From: Takakia lepidozioides
Lineage: Eukaryota > Plantae > Bryophyta
DNA length: 64,000 nt
Direction of reading: 5' to 3'
Assembly: GCA_030704615.1 (NCBI GenBank)
Contig: CM060734.1
Location: forward strand, 46,872,001-46,936,000
A program made the translations under genes and the position numbers. Positions 25,479 through 38,600 of the stretch are shown one piece after another. The first letter of the stretch is position 1, and every line of letters begins with the position of its first letter. Under the pieces are notes generated by a model, which was not told the origin of the DNA, did no database searches, and saw only the letters and a program-made list of their open reading frames with translations.

Positions 25479-26553
25479 TAACGATGGCGATAACCTAATC
25501 AGCAGCTCCACTTGAAATCTCTCTCGCGCAGTTTTCACTATCTCCCTTCCCGTCACTTGATATCTAACTAAAATGGGTCCTGTTAGAGCTCAAGCGGGGG
25601 GCCACCACAACCAACTCTCAGCAGGAATGGACCCCTGGGATAGCTTGGTAGCACCAAACTAAACTGACCTGACCTAAACCATCCAAATTTAAGCCCATTC
25701 CTGTAAGACAGTCTGTATCCGCAAACTGACAGAGCAATGTGGTGGTGCCTAGACCACATCTCGTCCTTCTCATCGTTTTAGTTCCATGTAGTCTTCCCTT
25801 CTTGTGTTTGTCCTAACGCCCACCAATTCAGTTGTTCAAGTTTTTTGACACATGACAGTTGTAAGAGGCATCCTTATGACATACAAATCACTATCCCGAA
25901 CTGTACTAGCACAGAACCTGTTGCTAACAGGAAACGAATTCTGGCATGATAACATGCCCAATTCCAGCTCCAGGACTTGTGTCAGGAGGGGAACAGCACT
26001 TGTAGCGAACACTGAACATTGGCATTGGCCAACTACATCCCCTTCTCTCTTGTTTTGTATGTCAGATCACTTTCTTTCATTGAACGCACATGCTAATACC
26101 ACCAGGGTCAGGGATCTCCTGTGGGATGGACACTTGGCGCAAATCTTCTTGTGGCTTCAACCCTCTTCTTAACATAGCCATATATCAACAAGGGCACAGA
26201 TACCTGGTGGGTCTACCTGGCCTTTGATCTTACTGTTCCCTTCCATTGAAGTAGGGGTAGTGTTGTCAAGGAAGGTTTCTATCCTGTTTGTCCTCTCTTC
26301 CTGCACAGGTTCTTCAATAATCAGACTGTTATCTTGCACCTTCATTTCTTCTACATCTACAGAGTGCAGTTCAGCCATAGGCTCTGGCTTCAGTCCTTCC
26401 TCTTCCAGCAGCAGGGTCATGAAATTATTTACAACAAAATTTGGCAGTTCTCTGTTAACTCTGGTGCTTCTACAATCTCCTCTGCAGGGATGACAATTTT
26501 CTCCTCTACTTTGGTCTTCTTTGGCTCAACAGCTGGCACCTCTACATGGACTA

Positions 26554-29500
26554 CTAAGTACTTCCAGCTGGACCAGCCTCACTTGCCTCTTTCTTCTTGC
26601 TGACTGGCTCCTCCACCTTTGGTTTCTCAATTGTGAAATCTAACACATCAATCTTTTTGTCCACAGCTGGCTCCTCCACATTCCCCTGCTTGGTCTCAAC
26701 AGCTGGTGCATTCACCTTTGTAATAATGGGCTCAACAACTAACTGATCCACATCCATCAGCTTGGGCTCGTCAGCAGGTAGATCTGCCTGAACAGCCTGA
26801 ATAGCCTTTTTGGGCCCCTCTTTCACCTCATCCTCCCCAGCTATGACTGCCCCAGCACCACATGACCAAATGACAACATTAACCTGAGAAATAACGAAAA
26901 ATAAAGATAAATGATTGAAAATTACCTTAAAAAAAACAAAAAATAACCTTAGGAACCCTGTCATGGACTAGGTTAGTGCGCCTAGGTTAGTGGCTCAGCA
27001 AGGCTGGAAATATGAAGTCAGATCAGAAGCTGAAGGTGAACAGTCAGAATGGCAAAGGCCAAGGGTTAGGCCTTTGGGTAGCAAGGGAATACCGAAGGGT
27101 ATTCTCAGAGCAAGGTGGGGGATCCTCAGGGAGTATTCAGGAGGACCTAATGTGCGACTTGACGAGGAGACACAGGCCTGTCCTTGATGAGCAAGGCTGA
27201 GAACATAGCAGGATACAGTACTTGGAGAGTACTCTTTAGCAAGTAGAGGATACTAGGTTGGGGTGGTTATCTTGCTCATACACTGTTAATGTAGTCTACT
27301 AGACAGGACTGACAAACCCCGGGCCATGGACATAACCCACATAGAGAACAGAGGAACAACTCTTTAGTGCTGCCAAGCTCTCCATATAAAGCAGACCTTC
27401 TTGACGTCCTAGTTCTAACATGCAGAATTTTCAATATTCATCGATCTCTCTCTATGTTTTTGCTGTTGGCCCTCAGGATCCCCATGGACTTTATAAAGTG
27501 TGTTCCTTTTTCTTTCTTTCTCTGTGACTATCTCTTTGTCTCTTTGGGCCTTTGCAGATGAGGACATGAAGTGTTCAATGGCCTACCTGCATAAGGCACC
27601 AAATAACAGAACGAAAAAAAACTTTATAATGTGCGTGGGAGCCAAAGCACTCATGGAACACAAGAGAGCAGAAAAGAAGATAGAAATAGAAAAGTGGGTA
27701 ACCCAACAACAGTGTCAGAAAGCAGTACAACCTTGAAGAGAGAGAGAGAGGCCCAAGGGCCGAAGAAGGTAGAAGCATAGACACCAAAGAGCAATGCAAA
27801 GCTCAATTGTTGTACAAGGCATTCTCTCTCTCTCCCTCTCCCCCTTGGCCACAAGGCTACAGCAAACAATGTCTTATGAGTACATTCTCTCTCCCCCTTG
27901 CCTAGTTATTCGGCAAACCACACACAACAGATTGATGCTTGGGTGAAGGGATTTCTAGAGGATATCTGGAAAACTCGAATTCATTGTCTGTTCCAAGGTA
28001 AGTCATACTACCGGCATCAGCCCCTGACAGAGGTAGGTTCTGTCCCTTTGTGTTCCGCTCAAACTGAGCGCGGGGTCAATGGCCACAAGGCTACAGCAAA
28101 CAACGTCTTATGACTACACTTCTTCCCTGAACAAAATTAGGCATAAGACTTCCCTGAACTTGTTTCAAGTTTGTGACATGGGTGAGGACATTAAGGATGA
28201 TCTGAAAGGCCTACCTACCCTCGGCACTAAACTGGCGTAGGAATCTACCTTTGAACAATAAACAGATGCAGAGAGGAAAGGGAGATTGTCAATGCCCAAT
28301 GTGTGGACAGCATGAAGACAATATCCATTTTCTGATACAATGTCCGGGGTTTCTCATCAGAGAGCGACCAGCTGGACCAGCTGCATCTTTTATAATCTTG
28401 GGCTGAGCCTAAAGCCCTGTTGGCGTCTAATTGCTGGGCAGTTCACACACAGCAAATTGATGCTTCTGTGAAGGAATTTCTAGAGGAAATCTGGAAACCA
28501 GAAACAATTGTTTATACCAAGTCCCACTACTGGAGTGAGCCCCTCACTAAGGTAGTGTGTGTTCCCTCTTGTTTCGCCCAAACAGGGCACGGCGCCTATG
28601 GCCACAAGGCCACGTTAAACACATTTATCAAAGCTTATGACAAAGAGATTGGGCAGACTGTAAAATTGCAAGTGCCTGGTGGTCAAGTGTGGCAGGTGGT
28701 AATTGGACGCCCTGGCGATTGCGTAGCTTTCAAAGCTGGATGGAGGGGACTTGCTGCTGACAACCACCCGGAGATGGAAGATACTACACCGTCACCAGGG
28801 CATCCAATTACGAGTTTTGATCCCCACAAGGCACTTCATCATTTGGTGTTTTTCAAAGTGCTTTCTTGTTGTTCCACTCTCCATAGAGTGGAAGTCCCTC
28901 CACATCCTTTGTGCCATCTCTTCTATGTATGAGATTGTCACTGGCATGGTCAACGTCGCTGGTGAATTCTCAGCCGAGATCCACAGCAACATTGGAGTCA
29001 AACAGGGCTGCCCCCTTTCACCTACCCTGTTCGGGATCTACATTGACGCCTTGGAGAATTACATATCAAAAAACCATGGGGTTGGGGTCCCATTGGATGG
29101 GGGACCAACCCAATCAGATCTCCTCTATGCTGATGATGTTGCCCTTTTGGCACAATCCCCGGTCTTTCTGCAATGCCATCTCAAAATTTTGGAACAGTTC
29201 TGCAAAGACTATGGGATGCAGGTCAATCTTAGCAAGACCAATCATGGTCTTCAATGGCCAGGCTGATCGTAGATTCATCTTCAACCAGCAGGAAATTGAG
29301 ATTGTGAAATCATACCGGTACCTAGGTCTGGTTATCCACTCCCCCAAGTTTCACTTTGCAGCCACTGCCTTGGACAGGTTGACTAAAGGTAAGGCGGCCT
29401 CCGTCCGCCTTCAGGCCAAATGCAAGCAAATACATCTGCGGCATCCCCCGACCAAAAGTGGCTGTTTGACACCGTCGTCAGCCCTGCTACCATCTATGGT

Positions 29501-31876
29501 TGTGAGTTCTGGGCACCTGGTGTCCCTGTCTCCTGGTGGGAAAAGAATTTGGAACCATTACAGTCATCTTTTCTCCAAGCAATGCTTGGCGCCAGGAGCA
29601 CAACTCCATCTCAGATCCTAGGTGCCGAGTTCGCATGTGTACCATTGCAATCCGAGGCCCTCTTCAGGCTTACAATCTTTCTCCATAGATTGCAGGCCCT
29701 TCCACCCAAAGGCTAGTGGCAAGGGCCCTCACAACATCTATGAGGCTCAAAGCTGCAGGTTTCAGGAATTCCTGGTATGCTCGAGTGGACAGTTTATTTC
29801 AACATAACGGACTTTCTACTGCTTTCCTATTACCAATGAACCCAGATGAGGTGGACATCACATCCAGACATGACCGCAACAGACTCATTCGGAGAGAGCT
29901 TATGGAAGTACATGTCAAGAGAACTTGGATGCTACCCAATCTCACAACAAAGCTCCACTTCTATCGAGAGACATTCTTGGTGCTCCGCGATGATAGAATC
30001 TTGAGACCAAATTACCTTTCAGCACCCTTATCTCCTTCCCTCTTGAGGGCATTGGGGCGGTTCAGGGTGGGTTCCCACAACCTACGGATAGAGACTGGCA
30101 GATGGGAAAACCTGCAACGGGAGGACCGCCTATGTCCAGCTTGCATAGGGTGCAGCAAGGAAATTGAAACTGAAGAACACTTCTTCTTCTACTGCCCTCT
30201 ATAGAGATCCGTGGGAGATTCCACTGTTTATTCAGTGGAACCCAAACTCTCACTGATGTCTTTCACTATGAGGATCAAAAATGCGTGGCAGCCTACCTAC
30301 ACGAGGCCTTCACCCTTAGACAAGCGCTAGAACATTAATTGTGGTTTCTGGATTTGTTCCTCTCTCATGTTTTCTTCCATTTTGTCCCATAAGCTCTACG
30401 AGCTTTCCGCGGACATTATAAAGCACCATTTCATTTCATTTCATTTCATGTTTTCTTCCATTTTGTCCCATGAGCTCTATGAGCTTTCCACGGATGTTAT
30501 AAAGCACCATTTCATTTCATTTCATTTCATTTCTTTCGTTCTTTCTTACTGTCTGCCTCTCGTGGATGCTATAGAGTTCCTTCTTCTTTCTCTCCACACC
30601 CAAAGATACCAATCAATTACTCTACCTTGCCATGGTTCTCACCTTCTTTCTGGGCTGCACCAATCGCGGAAGCACTGTCATTGGAATTCTCAGGAGCTGT
30701 TTGCTTTAAGCGCTTCGTCACAGACTCGGCTTCTACCTCTGTACTCTCACCTGATAGCCCCCTCTTCAGCCTTGCAGATCTCCGTGGTGCCTCACCTGAA
30801 ATCACCATTTCCCCAAGACATAATGTAGGTGCTTCTTATCTCTGTATGCAATTAGGTCCAACTACTCTAGCCCAGTGACAGAGAGAAGATTCTAGCCGAA
30901 GCCACTATAAATAGGAGCCGCTTCCTTTTGTGGTTAACTACCCTCCTAGAGTGGGCTTTTGGAAGTGACACACATAACCTTGCATGTAAGACAAAAGCCA
31001 ACAAAGAGGTAAAGACAATAAAAGATACAATGACAACCAAAGGGGTGGGGAGATAAATATGCAGTGCATCTTCCAAAAGTTAACAAACAAGAAACACCCT
31101 TGAGTGCAATGGCTACCTGAGCTCCAATCGAAGTTGACAACAGACAGCTCTCCTTGATGGGCCCTCAAATACTTCTCCAGTTGCCATTTTGATCTAATTT
31201 CTTCATGCTCAGGTGTAATGTAGCTTACATCCTTTCTCTCTGGAGTCCCACCTTTCTTCTGAGTTAACTGAATACAGAACACAACCATTGACAGCTGGAT
31301 ATCAGAGATCTGACACAATTACCTGCACCGAGAAGGGAAAACACTCACCAAAGGTACACATGACATGACATCCGAGTGCCAGAGCAACGTTTGACTAACT
31401 TCTGCATTTATAATCACAGCTTCCATGTCGGGATACCCATATTAAAACCGCATTCTAGTTGAGTATAGAATAATCAAGACAGGATCGAGTGAAATCACAT
31501 ACTGGGAGGTATCAAACAGCTTAAAATTTGGTATGAATGAGGTTGAACTGGCAGAAAACTGGTAAGTAATTTTTTTTCTTGTTGAAAATTCTCATCCACC
31601 CATCTGCGGCAGGGCAGTGGAGTTCAGTACATCTTGACTTAGAAACGCCCCAATCTTCCCTCTTCCACTGTAATTGCATTCCAGGCCGTGTAAAAATTCA
31701 AGGCTTGACTGCATTGAATGATCGATAGTCACAGAAAGGGGGAACAATGGAACTTAACAGGTCGGGCTGAATGGGATTGCGGGAATACAGACCTTCTTCC
31801 TCCAACCTTTAAGGCAACCTGATAGATCCTGAAAGACCTCTTTTGGAGTTCCTCCAGCTGCCCCAAGCCTCGCCAT
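26554..31876 (-). CDS. Methyl-CpG-binding domain protein, plant MBD10/MBD11 type, with Glu/Lys/Pro-rich tail
   Basis: Exons: 31876-31793 (...LKGWRKK), 31267-31117 (KKGGTPERKDVSYITPEHEEIRSKWQLEKYLRAH...FDWSSG), 30795 to 30643 or 30626 (GEAPRRSARL), and 26846 or 26883 to 26554. KKGGTP and FDWxxGExPRRSAR are signatures of this plant subfamily. Confidence 0.8.
26959..27314. mobile_element. Probable solo LTR (356 bp)
   Basis: Starts TGTCA and ends TGACA, flanked by the 5-bp direct repeat AACCC (26954-26958 and 27315-27319). Confidence 0.6.
27848..28620 (+). mobile_element. Three tandem LINE family A 3' fragments in the MBD intron
   Basis: A short tip 27848-27888 with a 12-bp TSD, a copy at 27900-28120, and a diverged copy at about 28130-28620. 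Confidence 0.85.
28622..28785 (+). pseudogene. Fragment of a B3 DNA-binding domain (REM/VRN1 type)
   Basis: FIKAYDKEIGQTVKLQVPGGQVWQVVIGRPGDCVAFKAGWRGLAADNHPEMED resembles the B3 pattern FxxxxxxxxxxxVxLxxPxGxxWxV...FxxGWxxFxxDxxLxxGD. Confidence 0.6.
28800..30532 (+). mobile_element. LINE family B (RTEX-like), 5'-truncated and frameshifted, with (CATTT)n tail
   Basis: RT motifs GVKQGCPLSPTLFGIYID and LLYADD; YRYLG; [15 protein letters not shown]...CPAC...ETEEHFFFYC finger. Stop near 30338, then a short 3' UTR ending in CATTT repeats, with the terminal unit duplicated. Confidence 0.9.
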
Positions 31877-32668
31877 GAGCCCCCACCCCAGCGTGCCAAC
31901 CTTCACGAACCCACACCTTCAAAGCCAGACGACAATCCTGGGAAGGGCGGGAAGGACAGAGAGAGGGAGCTAATAGACTTTATACTACCTACCTATACCT
32001 GTTGAGGTCCAAACGTACCGGTAATTACCTATAGGTAGGTACCTGGGTAGGTGTATTATTGTACATAAAGTGTACACCGCGCATTTTGCGGGATTGTCGC
32101 TGTGAGCATCGGATGCCTGTGAGCACCGGATGCATCGCGTATGGGGATGAATGAGTCCCTCACAAATCTGATGAGAGAAGACTGTGAGATGGGCAGCTCT
32201 GTCATCTGATGATCCGCCTCAACTCGTTCAGGAAGGTATGCGATATGCAAACAATGTGTACTCATCCTCCAGCACCGACTTTTCTTCCTCTTGTTCTCCA
32301 ACAATTGCAGCTGCAGCTTTGCTGTGTGATTCTAGAATTCTGGGCGCTTTTAGTACTTTACCACTTTTAGTCTCACTCTGAATCTATTTTAAAGTGAATT
32401 GGACCAATGCATCTTTCCTTCTCTCTTCCCCTTCTACCTCTCTCGTTTGCACAACCATGCGTACATGCCAATGCCATTGGGATAGGCTCTTGAGGCGTGG
32501 CGTATCTCATATTTTCCTGCCCCTCAATTGACCGTCAATTCAGCTCCCCGGTTTGGAGAAGACGAGTGTGGTGTGCGCAATCTCAAACGGAAAGCTGTGG
32601 CCATGGGTCCCTTTTAAGTTAGAGAGAGAACTTAGAGTACGGCATTGCAGAGGGGTGTGATTTAAATA

Positions 32669-35600
32669 ATGATGGATTTTCAATTGTGTGTTGCAAGATT
32701 TGACACGCACACTCAAGGAGCGATTTCTAGCCCGCTCATTCCAATGCCGGCTGTAGAAGAAACTGCAAAGCGTGACTATGTGTTTATTGTCAACCCCAAT
32801 GGTACTCTCTCTCTCTCTCTCTCTCCAACTGGGCTATTGATTTTGCATGCAGACAAGCGCCTCTCTGAGCGCCTTAATGGCAGATGTGGGTTAAGAAGGT
32901 TATAGCTGCAGCTGAGCTGGGGGATAAGCTAAACCCTGGTGGGTGCTGGAGGCTTATGTTGTTCCCTGCGAACTCTGGCTTGCCATAGCCTTACGCCCAT
33001 TGACCCGGCTGGAAACTAACTCTCTCTTTTTCCTCTGGGATGCGCAACTCTCTGATCAATCGGAACCACACTAACATTCCTGCTCCTTCAGCTATCCCTA
33101 CCTTAATACATAGATTCTCCTTTTGCTGCTAGCATTTACAGATAATGACAACCTAAATTTGTACTAGCAAACACCCCAACCCTATATCACACACTAGTTT
33201 CTATGCTTGTCTGCTTTTCTTTGTAATTTCATAAGCATTCACAACCAACCCTCCATCCGTGAGCCCTCGTGTTCGCAGCTTATGTCTGTACTCCTGGTCT
33301 GTGGAAATGACCAGGGAGCAGCCAACCCCCAAGAACCTTGCAAAATCTAGGGGAAGACCGTGCCCATGAACAACCTCAGATATTGACAGTAAAAGCAGAT
33401 TTAGCGGGCAAAGCGAGATTCCAACCTCACACAACAACTCAAATAGTACCATACCAGAGTAGATCTTGCAAATCTTATTTCCATTGGAAGCACAACCTGC
33501 GATATTGTATACACAGAAAGTGATTCAATTAGCTAAACGCAAGGCTTTGGGTCCTCACTAAATTTTTCCACGTCAGAGGAATTAATACTGAAGTTAAAAG
33601 GACCATGCTTTGCAACGTTATTAGACCCGTCTTAGAATACGCATCTGCTATGCGGGTCGTCAATTCCAACCATGCTAAGTCTCTGGAATCCATTCAGGTC
33701 ATGGTGCTCAAAGAAAGCATGTCGGCGTGTCCTACAACAGCTAATGTGGCTGTCCGGGGCGAGTTTGGCATAACTCCCTTAAGCTCTCGACGTGATGAAT
33801 TCAAGCTCAGATGGTGGGGTCAGTTGAATCCTTTATCTAATACCAAATACCCAATCGATGCTATTTCTTGGAAGCAAGACTGTCCTATTAATTAGGCCAA
33901 GTCTGGGCAGAAAAGGGTAGAAGAGTTCTTCAAGTTTCTAAATATTAGTCCAGGAGAATTGACCCTCCTGGATGAAGCTGACCTGGAGGGCGTTGTGCCC
34001 AAAGCCTGTCCGATGAAAATGAAGTTAGACATAAAACTTCCCTGAACCTGTTTCCAGTCTGTGACATGGGCAAGGACCTTAAGGGTCATCTGAAGGGCCT
34101 ACCTACCCTCTCTCTCTACTTTGAATCTAGGAATGCTATTGCAAACCAAGGGCTTGTATGTGAGCCCTTGCTTGAGTACTTGGTCTAGTAACACTTTTCA
34201 TTTGGAAATGGGTGCTTACTGTCACACCTCGATGAGAAAAGAGGTTCAGAATGTACTCATAAGATGTTGTTTGCCGTAGCCTTGTGACCATTGACCCCGC
34301 GCCCAGTTTGAGTGGAACACAAAGGGACAGAACCTACCTCAGTCAGGGGCTGACGTCGGTAGTAAGACTTACCTTGATATAAAACATTGATATGGGTTTT
34401 CCAGATATCCTCTAGAAATGCCTTCACACAAGTATCAATCTGCTGTGTGTGGTTTGCCCAATAACTAGGCCCCAGAAGGGCCTGGGAGTTTGGCTCAGCC
34501 TTGAGACTATCAAAGTTGGTAAACAGAGGTACAGGCACAATTCCCTTGATAGATTTGAGGAGAGCGTCTCTCTGGTGAGAGAACCCCGGACAGTGAATCA
34601 GGAAATGAACATTGTCTTCGGGTTGCCCACACAACGGGCAATTGCACTCCCTTTCCTCTCTGCTTCTGTTTGCTGTTCAAAGGTAGGCTTCCGAGATAGA
34701 TTGTACTCATAAAACGTTGTTTGCCGTAGCCTTGTGGCCATTTGTATTCAAAGGTAGGCTTCCGAGATAGAGAGAGAGAGATACTGTTTGGGAGCTGTCC
34801 TGTGTTGCCATCACAAGATTTGCTGGAGCCTTTGAAGGTGCTATAGATCCACAGTGATAAGTTCTCCTGCTGTTGGTGACAATCTTAGGATAGTAAAGGC
34901 TTCAGATAATATCACGTAAACTGCATACGACAAAGTTATCTAAATAAGGCTTTCGATTATGACTATGGCGTGGTGAAGGTGCAAATGGACGTACTGGCAG
35001 GGAATGGAAGAAGTTGATGCCCAAGGTGAATGCTCGCCTTGGCAAAGACTGGAATGTAAGCTCCACCTGTCTTTCCATTTTTTCCTGTTTCTTGAGAATC
35101 TCATATGCAACTCCTCAAACTTTTTCGGGTTGGATCAACATATTGCGAAACATGCTGTTGCAAACTAGGTTGCCAATCAGAGAAAGAATACCCCCTCCCT
35201 GTTTTTTCTTCTTCACCAAGGCTACATGTTTCCCTCATGGAACAAACTTGTCGTGCCTTAATGTGTTGGCCTGCCTGTCAAGTTAATGGGATAAGAGTTT
35301 AGAGGTGGTACTTTTAGACTCTCCTTGGCGTGATACCTTGTTTGAACAGAGATAGAGGGTGACACCCAGGTTGGACATGTTGACAACCCGGAGACCTAAC
35401 TTAAGTTTCTCGGCTTCAACAGGTGTGTGAAGCTCTGACAAAGGGCCCGTCGCATGCAATTGACATTGCAAGGGAGGTAAGCCATCATTCTCTCTGGCCC
35501 AGAACAGAACTCTTCATGAAGTGAATTGCCTCAAGGGGTGAGTGTATTGGAATAGGTCGCAGAATCAGGCTTCATCGAAAAGTTTTCATTCCTTCCAAGT

Positions 35601-38600
35601 TTTGGCTAGAGTTATACTATAAGGGGTCTTACTTTTATGGCAGGTATAACATGTGCAAACCGTATGTTGTTATATGGCTGACGAATAGGTTGCAAGGTAT
35701 TTCCTGTAGGTGTACCAGTGTTTGACTCAACTGTCCCTCCCTCCAAGGTTGTATTTGGGCTTGATATTGGTAGGGTGATCAATCTGTCAAATGGGACAGC
35801 ATTGTTCATCAGAGTTTCCATGTCAAGGTCATTTTGAAAAGGGAGGGTTTAATCCTTCAGGATCTGACCATAAGTTTAGGCATCCATATAGGGGCAAACC
35901 ATCAGTCTCATCAGTCAATTGTGTTTTGACAGGCAGTTCGCAATGGGGCAGCAGCGGTAATTGCTGTCGGGGGTGATGGAACACTCCATGAGGTTTCTCA
36001 CTCATCTGTCCTCTTGTGCTATGTTTTAATGTTGGAAAAGGTCAGCAATTGGGTCAACCTATTTAATATGATCATCTGATCGGCATCCGACATGACATTT
36101 CATACATTTCATACATGACATTACAGACATCCGACTTGAATACCAACATGAGGGTGAAATGTCATGAACAAGGAGGCGTTTAGCCGCAGCGATGCGAGTG
36201 AAGGGAGGGAGAGAGAGATGCAAGGCAGCAGAAAAGCCAAATGTAATGTTAGAGTGCCTTCTGTAAGTGGCCTGTGTTGGAGTTGGCTCTTTAAGTCAAA
36301 ATTCTCAGAAACAATGGTGATAACTTATCGGATTTCAATGATGGTCATATCTGACAGGTGTTGAATGGATTTTTTGAGGATGGCAAGCCTGTCCAACCAC
36401 GTGAACCCCCCACTGGGCCACGCACAGCCCTCGGGGTATGTATTCTTTCCTTTCGGGCATTGGAAGCCCAAAGTGTGTTGGGTCCTGATGTGCATTATAG
36501 TCAAATACTTTGCCAATCATTATCATTTTACCAGGTCATTGTCACATCTTAACTGATGTTGCATCCAGATGTTCTCGCCACTCTCCAATCAAGTCACTTC
36601 TTTACACAACGATTGTTTTTGGGTTGGCAGCTTATCCCGCTGGGGACAGGTTCGGATTTTGCAAGAACATTTGGCTGGTACACTCTAGCTCTAACTATCC
36701 TTTAGTGCTCCACTTTCTGGCATGTGTCCTGTTATTAGCTGCATGACTAGGTTCTAGTCTTGTAGTTGTCTCTCAAGACAGACGTATTCCAACAATGTCT
36801 CATGTGGCTTTTTATAATTTGTGAAAATTTTAGATAGATCTGACACCTGTGAGCTCTTATCAGAAACTCAAACCCTAGGGCCATTCTCTCTCCTCTCAAC
36901 ACGTGTTGTTCTCAGCTGTCAATTATTTTTATTTGTGTTGGGGGAATAACGGGGGATTTGCAACAGGAAGGTTAATGATCCACTCCAAGCTATTGACCGC
37001 CTTGTTCAAGGTTCGCCCTCGAAGCCAAGTGTTGAGAAAGCCAGACCCTGGCATACAAGTGCTTGAGATATGAGTTCCTCTCTTGTGAGCAAGCAGAATA
37101 TGGCTTTTCACCCATTTGATTGAGGTTGCACGTGCTACTGTTCTCCTTCTTTTTGGCTCTTCATGATATCGTTTTGTTATCCCAATAATCACAAGTCGTA
37201 GGTAACAGCACAGGTAATGGTGTCCACTATTTCCATGGAGCAGCATTGTGCTCTCACCTTGTGTTGGTGTGACCCTTGACCAATAATCTATCTGAGGTAG
37301 AGAGTTCTGGGAGTTGCATGGGAGCAGGTGAAAGGAAGATGATAGATGTGGGACGGGCAGTACTGGCTGATGACAAGGTTGACCGCTACTTCGTGAATGT
37401 GGCTGATATTCATCTGTAAGTTGAAGTTCAGAACGCCCACCCAGCAAGGTGGATAAGCCCCCCTAGAAGGGATTTTGGCCAGTTGTCCTACTTCATCATG
37501 CATCTCCTGTCATTACCACAAGTTAGAGATTATTCCTTCTCAGGCATGGCAGTGAGGGAAGCTATGCCTTTTCAGTCACAGATAAATATTAGTTTAATTG
37601 TTTAGTGTTGTCATGCATGCTAACTCCCACAACCTCCTGTCTGCTTGGCCTACAGGAGTGCAAAGACTGGTTTTTTTGCGGCCTACTACAAGAAACTGGG
37701 AAATCTTTGTTATGTGGTAGGGGCTCTCCACGCATTTACCAGCCATCAAAACCGTGACCTGAAAATAAGGGTATCATTCCCCACCCCCTTTCCTTTAACC
37801 TTGGGGCAGGGATCTTCATCCTGCCTAGTGTTTCCTACCTGTGGGGCTAGGCCGGATGCTGGTGAGTGACCGGATGGTCTGTAGTTCATTTCTGGAATGC
37901 CGATTGGCAAGTCGTTTGGGATGGGTGTGGTGGGGGTAGGATACCAAGAGTTACTTGCTTGCAGAATGATGTTGATGTAAACAATCGATTCAACTCTGAT
38001 GTGATTTTTTCCCCCTTGTTTTCTCAGACAGATGGGGGAAATTGGAGGGTAATACCCAAGGTTTCAGCTGTATGCATCGGCAATGCACAATATTTTGGGG
38101 GAGGAATGAAAATCACCCCAACTGCGAACCCATTCAGTGGAGACCTAGAGGTAAGAGTGTGTTAAAAGGTTATGGCCTCCATGAGGCTTTCCCCCGGATC
38201 CTTGCACAACTCTCTCTTTGAATATGATGGACCTCTTTGTGGGTTGTGTTTACATACCCACCGAGGGGACCCTTAGTGCTGACGCAGACCTTCGAAGACG
38301 TAAAGCTGGACTGTGCTAAGTTCCTCGCCAAAGGTCAGGTGGTCTTATTGGGTGCGCTTGCCAGTTTGAACAACTTTCTGAATATGCACTATTATTCAAG
38401 GTCAAAAGCTGAAGTTCTTCCAGACAGTTTATTAACCGTCTACCATTAGTATTCAGCTCGTCCTCACCAAAAGGCCCAATGGTATCATCCTGATGAAGAC
38501 CTTTGCGCTGGGTCTCATTAAAAAATTTCACTGCAGAGGTATCTATCTCTGATAGTAGAGGAATGTGAAAAGACCCACAGTCAATAATTATCAGAAAGTC

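Noticed and set aside
25515-25555. E2F site upstream of CDC6
   Set aside because: Only imperfect motifs (TCTCGCGC, TTCCCGTC), not the TTTSSCGC consensus.
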